From assembly GCA_964410025.1 (NCBI GenBank), contig CAYPFA010000003.1:85259-149258 (forward strand): 64,000 nucleotides of DNA, given 5' to 3'. The first letter of the stretch is position 1. Every line of letters starts with the position of its first letter. Of the stretch, positions 8,725 through 19,020 are shown piece after piece. The translations under genes were made by a program, and so were the position numbers. The DNA comes from Candidatus Woesearchaeota archaeon (lineage in GTDB: Archaea > Nanobdellota > Nanobdellia > Pacearchaeales > GW2011-AR1). Under the pieces are notes generated by a model. That model was not told where the DNA came from. It saw nothing but the letters and a program-made list of their open reading frames with translations, and made no database searches.

Positions 8725-9825
8725 ATGGAATCATTTTTTATACTAGGCAGAAATCCTAAACTTTCCTATGCAGAAATCTATTCTTACTTAGAAGCTCGTG
8801 GAATAAAACTCGAGAAAATTTCGTTCGAACAGAATTTTTTGATAATTTCAACTAAAGAAGACCTCAATTTAAACATTCAAGATTTCGGCGGAACAATCGG
8901 TTTCGGAAAAATTTTATTTTCTGGAAAACAAAAGGATTTTGAAAAATATTTTGAAGGATATTTTATGCCCGAGGAAAAATTTACATTTTCAGTTATGGGT
9001 AATTTAATAGATGATATTGAAGAAGTTATGATGAAAAAATTTAAAACAGAAAAACTTAAGGCACAAGTTCGGCACGTTCAGACAAGATTAAAACTTCAGG
9101 ACGGAGATTCAATCGGAATTCTTAAAGCCGATGCGCAATTTTTTTGTTATGAAATTGGAAGCAAGATTTATTTTGGAAGAGTTGATCAGGAATATTCTAG
9201 TAAGGAAGTAAAAGAAAGAGATATGAAAAAACCCATGAGGAGAGAATCTCTTGCAATCTCTCCAAGACTGGCGAAGATTTTAATTAATTTATCTCAAACA
9301 AAAAAAGGAGATTTATTACTAGACCCATTTTGCGGCGTTGGCGGTATAATTCAGGAAGCACTTCTAAAAGAAATTGATTGTTTTGGTTGTGACAAAGATA
9401 GAGAAGCAATAATTGGCGCAAGACAAAATTTATCTTGGCTAACAAATAATTATAAAATAAAAGCGACCTATCGTCTTCTAAACGCAGATTCAAAAAATCT
9501 TCCGGACCTAAATGTTGACGGGGTTGCCACAGAACCAGCTCTTGGTGAATTAGTTAGAAGAAAAATGGACAGCTATGATGCTAAAAGATTTATTTCTGAA
9601 TTTGAACATTTAATCGTCCCAATTCTAAGAAGAATAAAAGAAATAAAAAGCCCTAAGGCGAAAATTGTTTTAACTATGCCTTCGGTGAGAAATGTTTCTG
9701 TTGATTTGGAAAAACTTTGTGATGCCACAGGATTAATGGTTTATCAAATTCCAGAAATAGAAATGCCAATAAAGGAATTCAGAGAAGAGCAATATGTTGC
9801 CAGAGACATCGTAATTTTATACTAA
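8725..9825 (+). CDS. putative RNA (tRNA guanine-N2-type) methyltransferase, UPF0020/Trm11-Trm14-like
   Basis: SAM motif LLDPFCGVGGIIQEA followed by a DGVATEPALG motif IV-like segment. The N-terminal ~170 aa could be THUMP-like. Confidence 0.65.
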   Translation: MESFFILGRNPKLSYAEIYSYLEARGIKLEKISFEQNFLIISTKEDLNLNIQDFGGTIGFGKILFSGKQKDFEKYFEGYFMPEEKFTFSVMGNLIDDIEEVMMKKFKTEKLKAQVRHVQTRLKLQDGDSIGILKADAQFFCYEIGSKIYFGRVDQEYSSKEVKERDMKKPMRRESLAISPRLAKILINLSQTKKGDLLLDPFCGVGGIIQEALLKEIDCFGCDKDREAIIGARQNLSWLTNNYKIKATYRLLNADSKNLPDLNVDGVATEPALGELVRRKMDSYDAKRFISEFEHLIVPILRRIKEIKSPKAKIVLTMPSVRNVSVDLEKLCDATGLMVYQIPEIEMPIKEFREEQYVARDIVILY

Positions 9826-10923
9826 TTATTTTCTTTTTTTCAAATCAGCAAGCCATTCTTCGTATGACTGTGCGTTGTCTTTTGCGTGTTGTATAAGCCC
9901 GTTGGGATCAACCCTGTCTAAAATAGACCTTTCTGCGACATACGATTTTGCCAATCCCACCGTAGTATCCGAAACAAAATCTTTAATTCTCAGGTGCACA
10001 TATCCAACATAAACATTTCCAGAATTACAATTATAAATAATATTTGTAAGTTGCTTATGCTGTTCTGGTTTTGCTAATTCTAATCCGGCTCTCAGTTGTT
10101 TTTTTGCCCAACTCTCAAGTTTGTCAGTTCCCGCGATTCCAAGATTCAACCATCTTCCCGGAGCTTCTATGTCCATTAGTTTTTCAGCTCTTAATGCAAC
10201 ATATTTTGGCAAAACATTATTCCATGTAAAATTTTCCAAAGCCTCCAAATCACCGTCGGCAGTTAAAACAACAGAAGCAGATCTGGAGCTGAAAAAATTT
10301 ATTCCAAAATTTGTTAAAGTAAGAATTTTATCTGCAACATAATTAGTTTCATTTCCTTTCTCTTTATTTTTAAGTAAATCTGTAAACATAGAATGATATG
10401 CTTGTTGCATACCTTCTTTGAATTTCATTTTTTGTGATTTCATAAAATCTTGTGCAGCTACTCCATTTTTTAAATCACCATGCATATCATGAAAGCGAAA
10501 TAAAGACGAAACAATTCCAGAATATGATTGTGTAGCAATATCATAGAATTGACGCACTTCTTCTTTTAATTCAGAGGGCATAATACATTTTGATAAAAGT
10601 GCTTTCTCTCCTCTAAATAAGCATTCCGGAAGATTATTATTATATTTTTTTAAACCATCTTGTTGAAGTTCTTCATCAATTATCGTTAGCTTGTCTATTT
10701 CTATTTTTGCAGGATGATTCCTAGCTTGAAAATTCAAGCAATCAATGAATTCTTTTTTATTGCTATAAATATTTGTATCGGGAAAAATTCTAACTGTAGG
10801 CTCTCCAAAAAATTCATCCCATTGTCTAGCTTCTGGTCTCAAGAGTGATTTAAACTCAGGAGATGCATTGCTAACATCACAAAGTATTTTTTCTAGGTCT
10901 AATCCATCAATTAATTTTACCAT
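9826..10923 (-). CDS. hypothetical protein
   Basis: ORF 9826-10944. ATG at 10923 (MVKLIDGLDLEK..). No recognised domain. Confidence 0.55.
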   Translation of the reverse strand: MVKLIDGLDLEKILCDVSNASPEFKSLLRPEARQWDEFFGEPTVRIFPDTNIYSNKKEFIDCLNFQARNHPAKIEIDKLTIIDEELQQDGLKKYNNNLPECLFRGEKALLSKCIMPSELKEEVRQFYDIATQSYSGIVSSLFRFHDMHGDLKNGVAAQDFMKSQKMKFKEGMQQAYHSMFTDLLKNKEKGNETNYVADKILTLTNFGINFFSSRSASVVLTADGDLEALENFTWNNVLPKYVALRAEKLMDIEAPGRWLNLGIAGTDKLESWAKKQLRAGLELAKPEQHKQLTNIIYNCNSGNVYVGYVHLRIKDFVSDTTVGLAKSYVAERSILDRVDPNGLIQHAKDNAQSYEEWLADLKKRK

Positions 10924-10991
10924 AAAAATCAAGAGAATACACACTTTTTAAATTTGCTTATTTGTAACTTCTTTGTAGTAAATACAAAGTT

Positions 10992-13256
10992 TTATTTTCC
11001 CTGAGTCAAATTACTTTCCAATTCCCTTACGTATTCAGAAATTTCCTTTGCAGCATCCGCATTTACCGAAATAGAATCAATTCCCTTTTCAACCAAATAT
11101 TTAACCATTTCCTTATTACTTCCAGCCTGTCCACAAATAGATGTTTCAACTTTAAAATCCTTGCAGGTATTTATTACTCTTGAAAGTTGCTTCAAAACAG
11201 CGGGATTGGTTTCATTATATAAATATTGAACTCCATCATTTCCCCTATCTAGCGCTAAAGTAAATTGAGTTAAATCATTTGTTCCGAAAGATATAAATTG
11301 AATTCCTTGTTCACAGATTTCTTTGATTACTATCGATGCCGCCGGTGTTTCAATCATGACTCCGAATTTTATATTTGGAGTATTAAGCATATGTAAATCA
11401 CTCAAATATTTTTTAGCAGCTTGAACTTCTTCAACTGAAATTATTTGTGGAAACATTACTCCGAATTTATGTCCTTTGTCTGCAAGTTCCTTGATTGCCA
11501 TAAGCTCTGCTTTGAAAATCTTAGGATGTTTCAATGAAAATCTAATTCCATGCAAACCAAGCATAGGGTTTCTTTCAATCTCTTTCGGCGCACCTTCAAG
11601 ATGAGAATATTCATCGGTCCTAATGTCTGAAGTTCTAACCCACATTTCCTTTCCGATAAAATTATGAGCAATTTTTTCAAATCCTCTCTTTAACATTTCC
11701 TTATAATCATCAAGAGTATCATTGTTTTCATAGTATAATGGATGTTTACCGCTAGAAGCAATTATTCCTTCCATTCTAACAAGTCCGACACCATAAGCTT
11801 TCGTTTTCGCAGCTCTTTCAGCAAATTCAGGCAAGTCTACCAAAACTTTTATTTTTGTTTTCGTTTCAACAATCGGTAAAACTTCAACACTTTTACTTTG
11901 AGCCTTTCCTAAAAATACTTTTCCATGAAAACCATCAACTGTAACTTCTTGACCATCTTCTAAAACAGAAGTTGCAGTTTCAGTTCCAACGACAGCAGGG
12001 ATTCCCATTTCACGAGAAACAATTGCAGCGTGAGCAGTTATTCCGCCTTCATCCGTAACAATTGCAGCGGCCCTTTGCATTGCAACTACCATGTCAGGAT
12101 TTGTCATCTGCGTTACCAAAACATCACCTTGTTTTATTTTATCCAAATCTTCCATTAATCTAATAATTCTTACCGGTCCAGAACCAATTCCAGGACTAGC
12201 AGCAAGGCCAGAAACTAAAATTTTTCCTTCAAGTTGTTCAGATTTAACCATTTCTTTTAAAGTTGTAATCGCTCTAGTCTGCACAATGTATATCGTCCCA
12301 TTTTCAATCGCGAATTCAATATCTTGCGGTTGCTTGTAATGCTCTTCAAGTTTCATAGCGTATTCAGCAAGTTCTTTAATTTCGGAAGTTCGTAAAACTT
12401 TTTGTTTAGATTTTTCTTCATTTAACGTAATGGTTTTTGTGGCGCCAGAAGAATCTCTAACAATTGCAATTTTTTTATCATTAATTTTTTCACTTAATAT
12501 ATCCAAGTCTTTAGATACAACATAATTATCTGGTTTAATTCTTCCCGAAACAATTCCCTCGCCCTGTCCAAAAACAGCTTCGATTAAAATATTTTCTTGT
12601 TTTACGGGATCAACGGAAAATATAACACCAGATTTGTCTGAATTAATCATTCTTTGAACAACTGCTGCAATTCCAACTCTTGCATTAAAACCTTTTTTAA
12701 GTCTATAATAAATTGCTCTTGCTGTAAAAGCAGACGCGAAAACTTTTTTTACCGCTTCAATAACTTCATCTTTTCCCTTAATATTTATGAAACTATCTTG
12801 CTGTCCAGCGAATGAAGCATCTTTCAAATCTTCCGCAGTTGCTGAACTTCTAACCGCAACAAAAACTGGTTCTCTAGCGGTTCGCATAATTGCAAGCGCA
12901 TTTGGTGATCCTTTCATTTCTCCAAAATCAACATTAAAATTATCATAGGCTTCCAAAATTTCCTCTCTTAAATCGTTGGGTATTTGAGTAGCGATAATAA
13001 GTTCCCTAATCTCTTCAGCTTTTTTTGTTAGTTGCGCCGTGTCCTCAACTTTTATTTTAGAAAGTAAATGATCAATCTTTTCAATTAAACCTGTTGTTCC
13101 TAAAAAGTGTTCATGAGCTTTAGTTGTAACGACGAACGCAGGTGGAACGGGAAATTTAGAATTATACATTTCGCCAAGATTAGCGCCCTTGCCACCGGCA
13201 ATCGGCACATCATTTTTAGAAAGCTCAGTTAGCCAAGCCACAAACCCCTTTTCCAT
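10992..13256 (-). CDS. ppsA: phosphoenolpyruvate synthase (pyruvate, water dikinase)
   Basis: 754 aa. ATP-grasp N-terminus, phosphohistidine motif TDEGGITAHAAIVSREMGIPAV, and C-terminal PEP-utilising TIM barrel. Confidence 0.95.
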   Translation of the reverse strand: MEKGFVAWLTELSKNDVPIAGGKGANLGEMYNSKFPVPPAFVVTTKAHEHFLGTTGLIEKIDHLLSKIKVEDTAQLTKKAEEIRELIIATQIPNDLREEILEAYDNFNVDFGEMKGSPNALAIMRTAREPVFVAVRSSATAEDLKDASFAGQQDSFINIKGKDEVIEAVKKVFASAFTARAIYYRLKKGFNARVGIAAVVQRMINSDKSGVIFSVDPVKQENILIEAVFGQGEGIVSGRIKPDNYVVSKDLDILSEKINDKKIAIVRDSSGATKTITLNEEKSKQKVLRTSEIKELAEYAMKLEEHYKQPQDIEFAIENGTIYIVQTRAITTLKEMVKSEQLEGKILVSGLAASPGIGSGPVRIIRLMEDLDKIKQGDVLVTQMTNPDMVVAMQRAAAIVTDEGGITAHAAIVSREMGIPAVVGTETATSVLEDGQEVTVDGFHGKVFLGKAQSKSVEVLPIVETKTKIKVLVDLPEFAERAAKTKAYGVGLVRMEGIIASSGKHPLYYENNDTLDDYKEMLKRGFEKIAHNFIGKEMWVRTSDIRTDEYSHLEGAPKEIERNPMLGLHGIRFSLKHPKIFKAELMAIKELADKGHKFGVMFPQIISVEEVQAAKKYLSDLHMLNTPNIKFGVMIETPAASIVIKEICEQGIQFISFGTNDLTQFTLALDRGNDGVQYLYNETNPAVLKQLSRVINTCKDFKVETSICGQAGSNKEMVKYLVEKGIDSISVNADAAKEISEYVRELESNLTQGK

Positions 13257-13298
13257 AATTAAATTAGATGATTTGAATATTTAAAGGTTTGGGAAAAT

Positions 13299-15434
13299 TT
13301 ACATTACCTTGCTGCCGTTTTCAATTCCCTTTTCTGGAGAAAGTAAAATAACTTTCGTGTCTTCCTTGTTAGCCGCAGCCAAAAGCATTCCCTGAGATTC
13401 TTGCCCTTTCATTTTTCTATACTCCAAATTTGCGATTACAATGATCTGTTTTTCAGAAAGCTCTTCTTTTTTGTAATATTTTTTTACTCCAGCAAGAATT
13501 GTTCTTTGACCTATTTCATTTCCCAAATCTACAGTTAGTTTAAATAATTTATCAGCTCCTTCGATATCTTCGACTTTCTTTATTGTTCCAACTCTTAAAT
13601 CAAGCTTTGCAAAATCGTCGTATTTTATCATGTCTGCCATTGTAGCCACTCCAACTATTTTAGTTTCCTGAGGTTTATTAATATTCTGCTTTTGTTTAAA
13701 TAATTCAGAAATATCACTTGTATCTGAAGCAATTTTTTTAAAGTTAGCCAAAGATTCTTCAGTTATTTTTTCAAATAAAATTTGCGGCTCATTTACCTTG
13801 TGTCCAGATTTGAGTGTTATTTCAGAAGCACTGTCCCATATTTCTGGAGAATCTACTTTGTCTGTTAAATTTAGTTGGCTCCAAATATTTTGCGCAGTTT
13901 TTGGTAAAAATGGTGCAGAAAGTATTGCCAGCGTTCTGCATAAATTAGCACAATTGTAAAGTATTTTTTTAGTTTTATTTACATCCGATTTAACAATGTC
14001 CCAAGGTTTAGTATCGTCAAAATATTTATTTCCCTCATTTGAAAGCAAAAGCATTTCTAAAAATGCCTCCCTTACTCTAGAAGCTTCAAGTAAATCAGTT
14101 ATTTTTTTCGTCCTTTCTTTTATGGAAGAGTATAATTTTTTATCAATATCTGTTAATTCTGAATCCTTCGGTTTAATTATTTCGCCATCGAGTCTTTTAG
14201 CAATAAAATTTATAGTTCTATTTATTAGATTACCATAATTACCAATTACATCTGAGTTAACTCTTCGTTGAAAATCTTCCCATTTAAATTCTGTATCGTC
14301 CGTCTCAGGAATAATAAATGTTAAATATGCCCTTATTAAATCCACATCTATTCCCGCTTCTGGAAGTTTCTCACAGAAAACTCCTCTTTTTTGGCTCTTA
14401 GAAAACTTTCCGCCTTCGTAATTTAAATATTGAAGTCCGATTACATTGTACGGTAAATTTATTTCCCCCCTAGCTAATAAAATTGCCGGCCAAAAAATTG
14501 TATGAAACGGAATATTATCCTTTCCTAAAAAATGATAAACTTTAGAGTCGCCAGTCCAAAATGAATCATTGTGTGTAATTTCTCGTGCAAAAGAAACATA
14601 TCCTATCGGCGCATCAAACCAAACATAAAAAACTTTATCCTCGTAGCCTTTTAATAAAACCGGAACTCCATGTTTCAAATCTCTTGTGATGCATCTTTCC
14701 CTTAATCCTTCTTTTATCCAACCGAGCGCAAGAGCACTTACCTGACTTCTCCACATTGTTTGTTTTTTAATCCATTTTTCAAGTTGTGGACTAATTTTAT
14801 CCAATCTTAGAAATAAATGTTTTGTTTCTCTGAGTTCCAAACTGCTTCCAGAAATTAATGACTTAGGATCTAACAATTGCGAAGGATCTAATACCGTTGT
14901 GCATTTTTCACATTGATCTCCGTTAGCTTTTTCGTAACCGCATTTCGGACAAGTTCCAATTATATATCTGTCAGGTAAAAATCTTTTTTCTTTTGGAGAG
15001 TAAAAAACTTTCATTTTTCCCTCTTTTATAAAACCATTATCATATATTTTTTTAAAAAATTCTTGCGTTGTTTGATAGTGTATTGGCTTAGGTGTTCTAG
15101 AAAAATTATCATAAGAAATATTAAACCATTCATATATTTTTTTATGTTCTGCATATAATTTATCTCCAAAAGTTTTTACATCCACTCCGCATTGTTCGGC
15201 GGCAATTTCCGTTGTTGAACCATGCTCATCCGTTCCACCGACAAAAAGAGTTTCATAGCCTTTCGCACGACAGAATCTTGCAAATATATCTGCAGGCAAA
15301 TGAGAACCAACAATATGTCCCAAATGGGGGATATTATTAATATATGGCAAAGCTGCGGTAACTAATCTTTTCCCCGAGATTTTCTCTTTCAATTTTGAGG
15401 GTTTTTTCACTTTTGTTGCTTTCTTTTTCTCCAT
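13299..15434 (-). CDS. metG: methionine--tRNA ligase with C-terminal tRNA-binding (Trbp111-like) domain
   Basis: HLGH motif (NNIPHLGHIVG), KFSKS, zinc knuckle CPKCGYEKANGDQCEKC, and a C-terminal OB domain (LRVGTIKKVEDIEGADKL). Confidence 0.95.
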   Translation of the reverse strand: MEKKKATKVKKPSKLKEKISGKRLVTAALPYINNIPHLGHIVGSHLPADIFARFCRAKGYETLFVGGTDEHGSTTEIAAEQCGVDVKTFGDKLYAEHKKIYEWFNISYDNFSRTPKPIHYQTTQEFFKKIYDNGFIKEGKMKVFYSPKEKRFLPDRYIIGTCPKCGYEKANGDQCEKCTTVLDPSQLLDPKSLISGSSLELRETKHLFLRLDKISPQLEKWIKKQTMWRSQVSALALGWIKEGLRERCITRDLKHGVPVLLKGYEDKVFYVWFDAPIGYVSFAREITHNDSFWTGDSKVYHFLGKDNIPFHTIFWPAILLARGEINLPYNVIGLQYLNYEGGKFSKSQKRGVFCEKLPEAGIDVDLIRAYLTFIIPETDDTEFKWEDFQRRVNSDVIGNYGNLINRTINFIAKRLDGEIIKPKDSELTDIDKKLYSSIKERTKKITDLLEASRVREAFLEMLLLSNEGNKYFDDTKPWDIVKSDVNKTKKILYNCANLCRTLAILSAPFLPKTAQNIWSQLNLTDKVDSPEIWDSASEITLKSGHKVNEPQILFEKITEESLANFKKIASDTSDISELFKQKQNINKPQETKIVGVATMADMIKYDDFAKLDLRVGTIKKVEDIEGADKLFKLTVDLGNEIGQRTILAGVKKYYKKEELSEKQIIVIANLEYRKMKGQESQGMLLAAANKEDTKVILLSPEKGIENGSKVM

Positions 15435-15576
15435 GAAATCTTAAATAGAAACACATATAAAAACCTAACTACTTTTTAAAAAATGAGCGCGATTAGTATA
15501 TCGGTAGTATGGAGCCTTCCCAGGTGCAAAACAAGTTAGCTCATGTTTCATAACGGAAAAAGGCTCAGAGGCGGGT

Positions 15577-15909
15577 TTAATTCCCGCATTGCGCATCTTT
15601 TCTTTCATATCTCTGGTTGTCTCTCTTATAACATTTATCCATAACTTTCTTAAAACTTTCATCCAAATCAATTTTTTGAGAATTTGCAAAACCAAGGATA
15701 GTAAATAAAATATCTCCCAACTCATCTTCAATAGAGTTTTCTTTTTCTCCTACTTTTTTATTTTTCGGACCATAGGCGCAATTAACTTCTCTAGCTAACT
15801 CGCCAGTTTCTTCTACCAATCTAGCAAGAATTTCGTGTGGCGTCCAATAAGGAACCTTAAATTGATTCATCCAAACGTCCACTTCACTTTGTAATTCTTT
15901 CAAGCCCAT
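15577..15909 (-). CDS. MazG-like nucleotide pyrophosphohydrolase
   Basis: 110 aa. LVEETGELARE..EDELGDILF matches the EExxE/ExxD pattern of the MazG family. Confidence 0.8.
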   Translation of the reverse strand: MGLKELQSEVDVWMNQFKVPYWTPHEILARLVEETGELAREVNCAYGPKNKKVGEKENSIEDELGDILFTILGFANSQKIDLDESFKKVMDKCYKRDNQRYERKDAQCGN

Positions 15910-16111
15910 TAATTTTTTCCAGCAACCTCCGTAAGTTATTTTGTATGTTTTTTAAATTTGGCGTAGGGTTCATCATATAATCATATATTTTATCACATTC
16001 TCTAGGATTTAGTGTTGTGCAATGTCCAGACTTTTTTCCTTTTGATTCTTCATATTTCCACGAAGGACATTCGTAGCAAACGTTTTCTATGGTATCTTTA
16101 TTTATTATCAT
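15884..16111 (-). CDS. hypothetical small Cys-containing protein
   Basis: 75-aa ORF with ATG start. Overlaps the MazG start by 26 nt. Confidence 0.4.
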   Translation of the reverse strand: MIINKDTIENVCYECPSWKYEESKGKKSGHCTTLNPRECDKIYDYMMNPTPNLKNIQNNLRRLLEKINGLERITK

Positions 16112-16162
16112 AAAAATATTCTGATTAATTATTATTTAAACTAGAAAGTCAAAAGCAATTGA

Positions 16163-16837
16163 CTAAAGCATTTCTATCTTAGTTTCTTTTGTGTTCTTTA
16201 TAATTCGATAGTTTCTAGGTTTAATATTGTATATCGCTTTCTCTAAAAAAAACTTGTTATCTAAAAATAAATCCTTAGGCAGTTTCTTCAAAGAATACCA
16301 CTTTCCATTTTTAGGTTCTTCAATGGTTTTTGCAGTGAACAAATAAACAATCCAGTGCTGATTAATTTTAGTACCATTTACAACAAGACTCTCGCTTATT
16401 GCCCTAAGCTTAAGATTGCTAATTTTAACGCCAATTTGTTCGAATACTTTTTGTTTAGCAGAATCTTCTATACTTAGTTGAAAAGGAGCAGTTCCCCCAG
16501 TTAAAATCAAATTTCCCCTTCCAGGCTCACCAGGTTTATTTTGTAAAAAAACTTTATCATCGCGAATAATAGCAACTGCTGTGACCGGCATAATTGGAAT
16601 TTGTTTCTGGGTAATTATTTTACGATATGGAAAGAAATTTTTACACTCTTCTGTTAATTTGTAAATCCCATTTTCAACAAAAATAAAATTTGCGCCAGAA
16701 AGTTTTTTTAAATGGTATGTGAGTTTATTAGAATCAATTTTAATCTCTTTCCTAATGTCGTTAAATTTGCATATTCCACGATTAAGTATGTCTAAAATAT
16801 GTTTTCTTATGGGATCATCAAGAAGGCCAATTTCCAT
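16163..16837 (-). CDS. winged-helix (ArsR-like) regulator fused to a Nudix-like domain
   Basis: N-terminal HILDILNRG..KLTYHLKKL is wHTH-like. The C-terminal half (VTAVAIIRDDKVFLQNKPGEPGRGNLILTGG..) resembles a Nudix fold with a degenerate Nudix box. Confidence 0.55.
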   Translation of the reverse strand: MEIGLLDDPIRKHILDILNRGICKFNDIRKEIKIDSNKLTYHLKKLSGANFIFVENGIYKLTEECKNFFPYRKIITQKQIPIMPVTAVAIIRDDKVFLQNKPGEPGRGNLILTGGTAPFQLSIEDSAKQKVFEQIGVKISNLKLRAISESLVVNGTKINQHWIVYLFTAKTIEEPKNGKWYSLKKLPKDLFLDNKFFLEKAIYNIKPRNYRIIKNTKETKIEML

Positions 16838-16911
16838 AATTTACCAAGTCCAATAGTATTTTTAAAGATATATAAAAAATAAAAAAGAGCCATATTTCAG
16901 GCTCATTGTTT

Positions 16912-17400
16912 TTAACCAATCAAGATGCTTCTTTCGCCGTCATCTCTTTTTCTAGAGATACTTCTACTTGTATCCATTAATGGACCGTAAAGAGTTCTTG
17001 CTTGCGTCTCTGTAAATCCAAGATTTGCCATTACGCCCAGATAATCATCTGCTGTTAATCTGCATCCTGGTTGCATTCCAAAGTGCAAATATGTTTCGCT
17101 TATGGATCTCTTGTCTTCAATCAGTTGTGTCAAAACTTTTCCTTGTGCAGGATATGTTTCGCAATATTCGCTAACTGCGTCCGACATAGATCTTGCTTTT
17201 AGTCTATCTTCAACTTCAATTCTTGCATAAACTCTACCGCCTCGAAATTCTCCAGTAGGAAGATTAATTGCATCTGCAATTTTGGGCTTCATTCTTTTCA
17301 ATTTTCCGTCAAGGCTTGAGAGTGGTATGTGTAATCTGTCTACTGCGACCAATTCAAGTAACTGTGTTTCTGTGTTTTGTGTCATTTTATTTTCCTCCAT
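16912..17400 (-). CDS. hypothetical protein
   Basis: 162-aa ORF. No recognised domain. Confidence 0.5.
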   Translation of the reverse strand: MEENKMTQNTETQLLELVAVDRLHIPLSSLDGKLKRMKPKIADAINLPTGEFRGGRVYARIEVEDRLKARSMSDAVSEYCETYPAQGKVLTQLIEDKRSISETYLHFGMQPGCRLTADDYLGVMANLGFTETQARTLYGPLMDTSRSISRKRDDGERSILIG

Positions 17401-17499
17401 GTTATTTTAATTATTTATTAAAGAAAAAATGACTAAATGAATTTATGAGGTGATAGTTGATACCACAAGTTTTATATATTAAGCCCTATTGGCTATCCT

Positions 17500-18219
17500 A
17501 TGACAATTCGTAACAATCTAAAATCAGCTGGACTTACAGAAAACGAAGCAATAGTTTATGAAAAATTATTAGAGCTTGGTTCTAAACCAATAGGTTCCAT
17601 TTCTAAAAAAACTGGTTTACATAGACGAGTAGTTTATGATGTTACTGATCGATTAATTCAGAAGGGATTGGTTGGATATATTGTTGAAAACGGGAGAAAA
17701 ATATTTAGCGCTTCAAATCCAGAAAGATTTAAAGAAATACTCAGAGAAAAAGAAAACGAAATCTCGCAAGCCATTCCCGCAATGATGGAATTATTTAATT
17801 CAGCAAAAGAAAAGCAAAAAGAAGACACACTATTTTTTAAAGGTAAAGAAGGTTTAAAATCAATTTTTGAAGACCAATTAAGCGAAGGAAAAGAATTGTT
17901 TATTATGGGTGCTTCGCCTGAAGCCTACGAAATATTTCCGTTTTATTTCGGCTGGTTTGACAAGGCAAGGGTAAGAAAAAAAATGAAAGCGAAAATTATA
18001 TTCGATAAATTAGATAAACAGGTTAAAATAAATTTAGCTGAAATAAGATATCTTCCTGAAAAATATTCTTCAAATCTCGCAATAAATATTTACGCAGACA
18101 AAGTTGCAATAATTCTGTGGAGTAGAGAAAATCCATTTGGAATTTTAATAAAAAATAAGGAAATTGCAGAAGGCTACAAAAAACAATTTGAAATGATGTG
18201 GAAAATTGCTAAAGATTAG
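17500..18219 (+). CDS. TrmB-family transcriptional regulator
   Basis: N-terminal LTENEAIVYEKLLELGSKPIGSISKKTGLHRRVVYDVTDRLIQKGLV is a typical TrmB wHTH. ~240 aa. Confidence 0.8.
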   Translation: MTIRNNLKSAGLTENEAIVYEKLLELGSKPIGSISKKTGLHRRVVYDVTDRLIQKGLVGYIVENGRKIFSASNPERFKEILREKENEISQAIPAMMELFNSAKEKQKEDTLFFKGKEGLKSIFEDQLSEGKELFIMGASPEAYEIFPFYFGWFDKARVRKKMKAKIIFDKLDKQVKINLAEIRYLPEKYSSNLAINIYADKVAIILWSRENPFGILIKNKEIAEGYKKQFEMMWKIAKD

Positions 18220-18278
18220 TCTTCATTATAAACAAAATTATTTAAATACCCATTTCTTAATCAAATCATAGGTGAAAC

Positions 18279-18899
18279 ATGTCAAAAATAATTTGTCCTA
18301 ATTGTAGCAAAAAAATTGAATCTGAATTTCATTTTTGCCCCTGGTGCGCATTCGCAATCAAAAAAGCAAAAGAAGCAGAGAATTACGGTATGCTTGGATT
18401 GAACGATGAAATTGAAAAAGCTTTAGCTCAGCCTGGCTTACCATTTGGTTTGCAAGGAATGATTGGTGGATTAATGAAGCAATTAGAAAAAGAATTGTCT
18501 GGTATGGACGTGGCTCAAAATCCGATGCCAAAAGGATTCAAGGTGCAAATTTCTCGAGGAATTCCACAGAATATGAACATGATAAATCAATCACAAAAGC
18601 AAGAAAGAATGGAAGTCGCTCCAAAAGTTTCTCCAGAAGAAAATGAACGAAGGTCAAAGTTGCCGAAAGCAGAAGCAAAATCTGTTGTTAGAAGATTGCC
18701 GGAAGGAATTATTTATGAAATTGAAACGCCAGGAGTTATTTCAAAAAAAGACGTTGTAATAACAAAGCTTGAGAATGCCATAGAGGTTCGTGCCTATTCT
18801 AAAACAAAATGTTTTATTAAATCAGTTCCTATTAAAGCTGACGTCTTAGGATTCGAAGTTGAAAACGAAAAAGTTCTCGTAAAATTTAAAGGAAATTAG
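18279..18899 (+). CDS. zinc-ribbon protein with C-terminal HSP20/alpha-crystallin-like domain
   Basis: CPNCSKKIESEFHFCPWC zinc ribbon. The C-terminal beta-rich segment (IIYEIETPGV..VVITKLENAIEVRAY) looks HSP20-like. Confidence 0.55.
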   Translation: MSKIICPNCSKKIESEFHFCPWCAFAIKKAKEAENYGMLGLNDEIEKALAQPGLPFGLQGMIGGLMKQLEKELSGMDVAQNPMPKGFKVQISRGIPQNMNMINQSQKQERMEVAPKVSPEENERRSKLPKAEAKSVVRRLPEGIIYEIETPGVISKKDVVITKLENAIEVRAYSKTKCFIKSVPIKADVLGFEVENEKVLVKFKGN

Positions 18900-18946
18900 T
18901 AAATCAACAATTTTATAAACGCCCATTTTCTGTCAATATTAACAGT

Positions 18947-19020
18947 GAGCCCATAGCGCAGCCTGGTAGCGCATCGCTCTGATACGGCGAGGGTCCTCAG
19001 TTCAAATCTGAGTGGGCTCA
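18947..19020 (+). tRNA. tRNA-Ile (anticodon GAU)
   Basis: GAGCCCA TA GCGC AGCCTGGTA GCGC A TCGCT CTGATAC GGCGA GGGTC CTCAG TTCAAAT CTGAG TGGGCTC A. All stems are perfect and a T-run follows. Confidence 0.95.

Noticed and set aside
15465-15731. 88-aa ORF overlapping the 3' half of the MazG-like gene in another frame
   Set aside because: The MazG frame (15577-15909) has the family motifs, and the overlapping frame has none.
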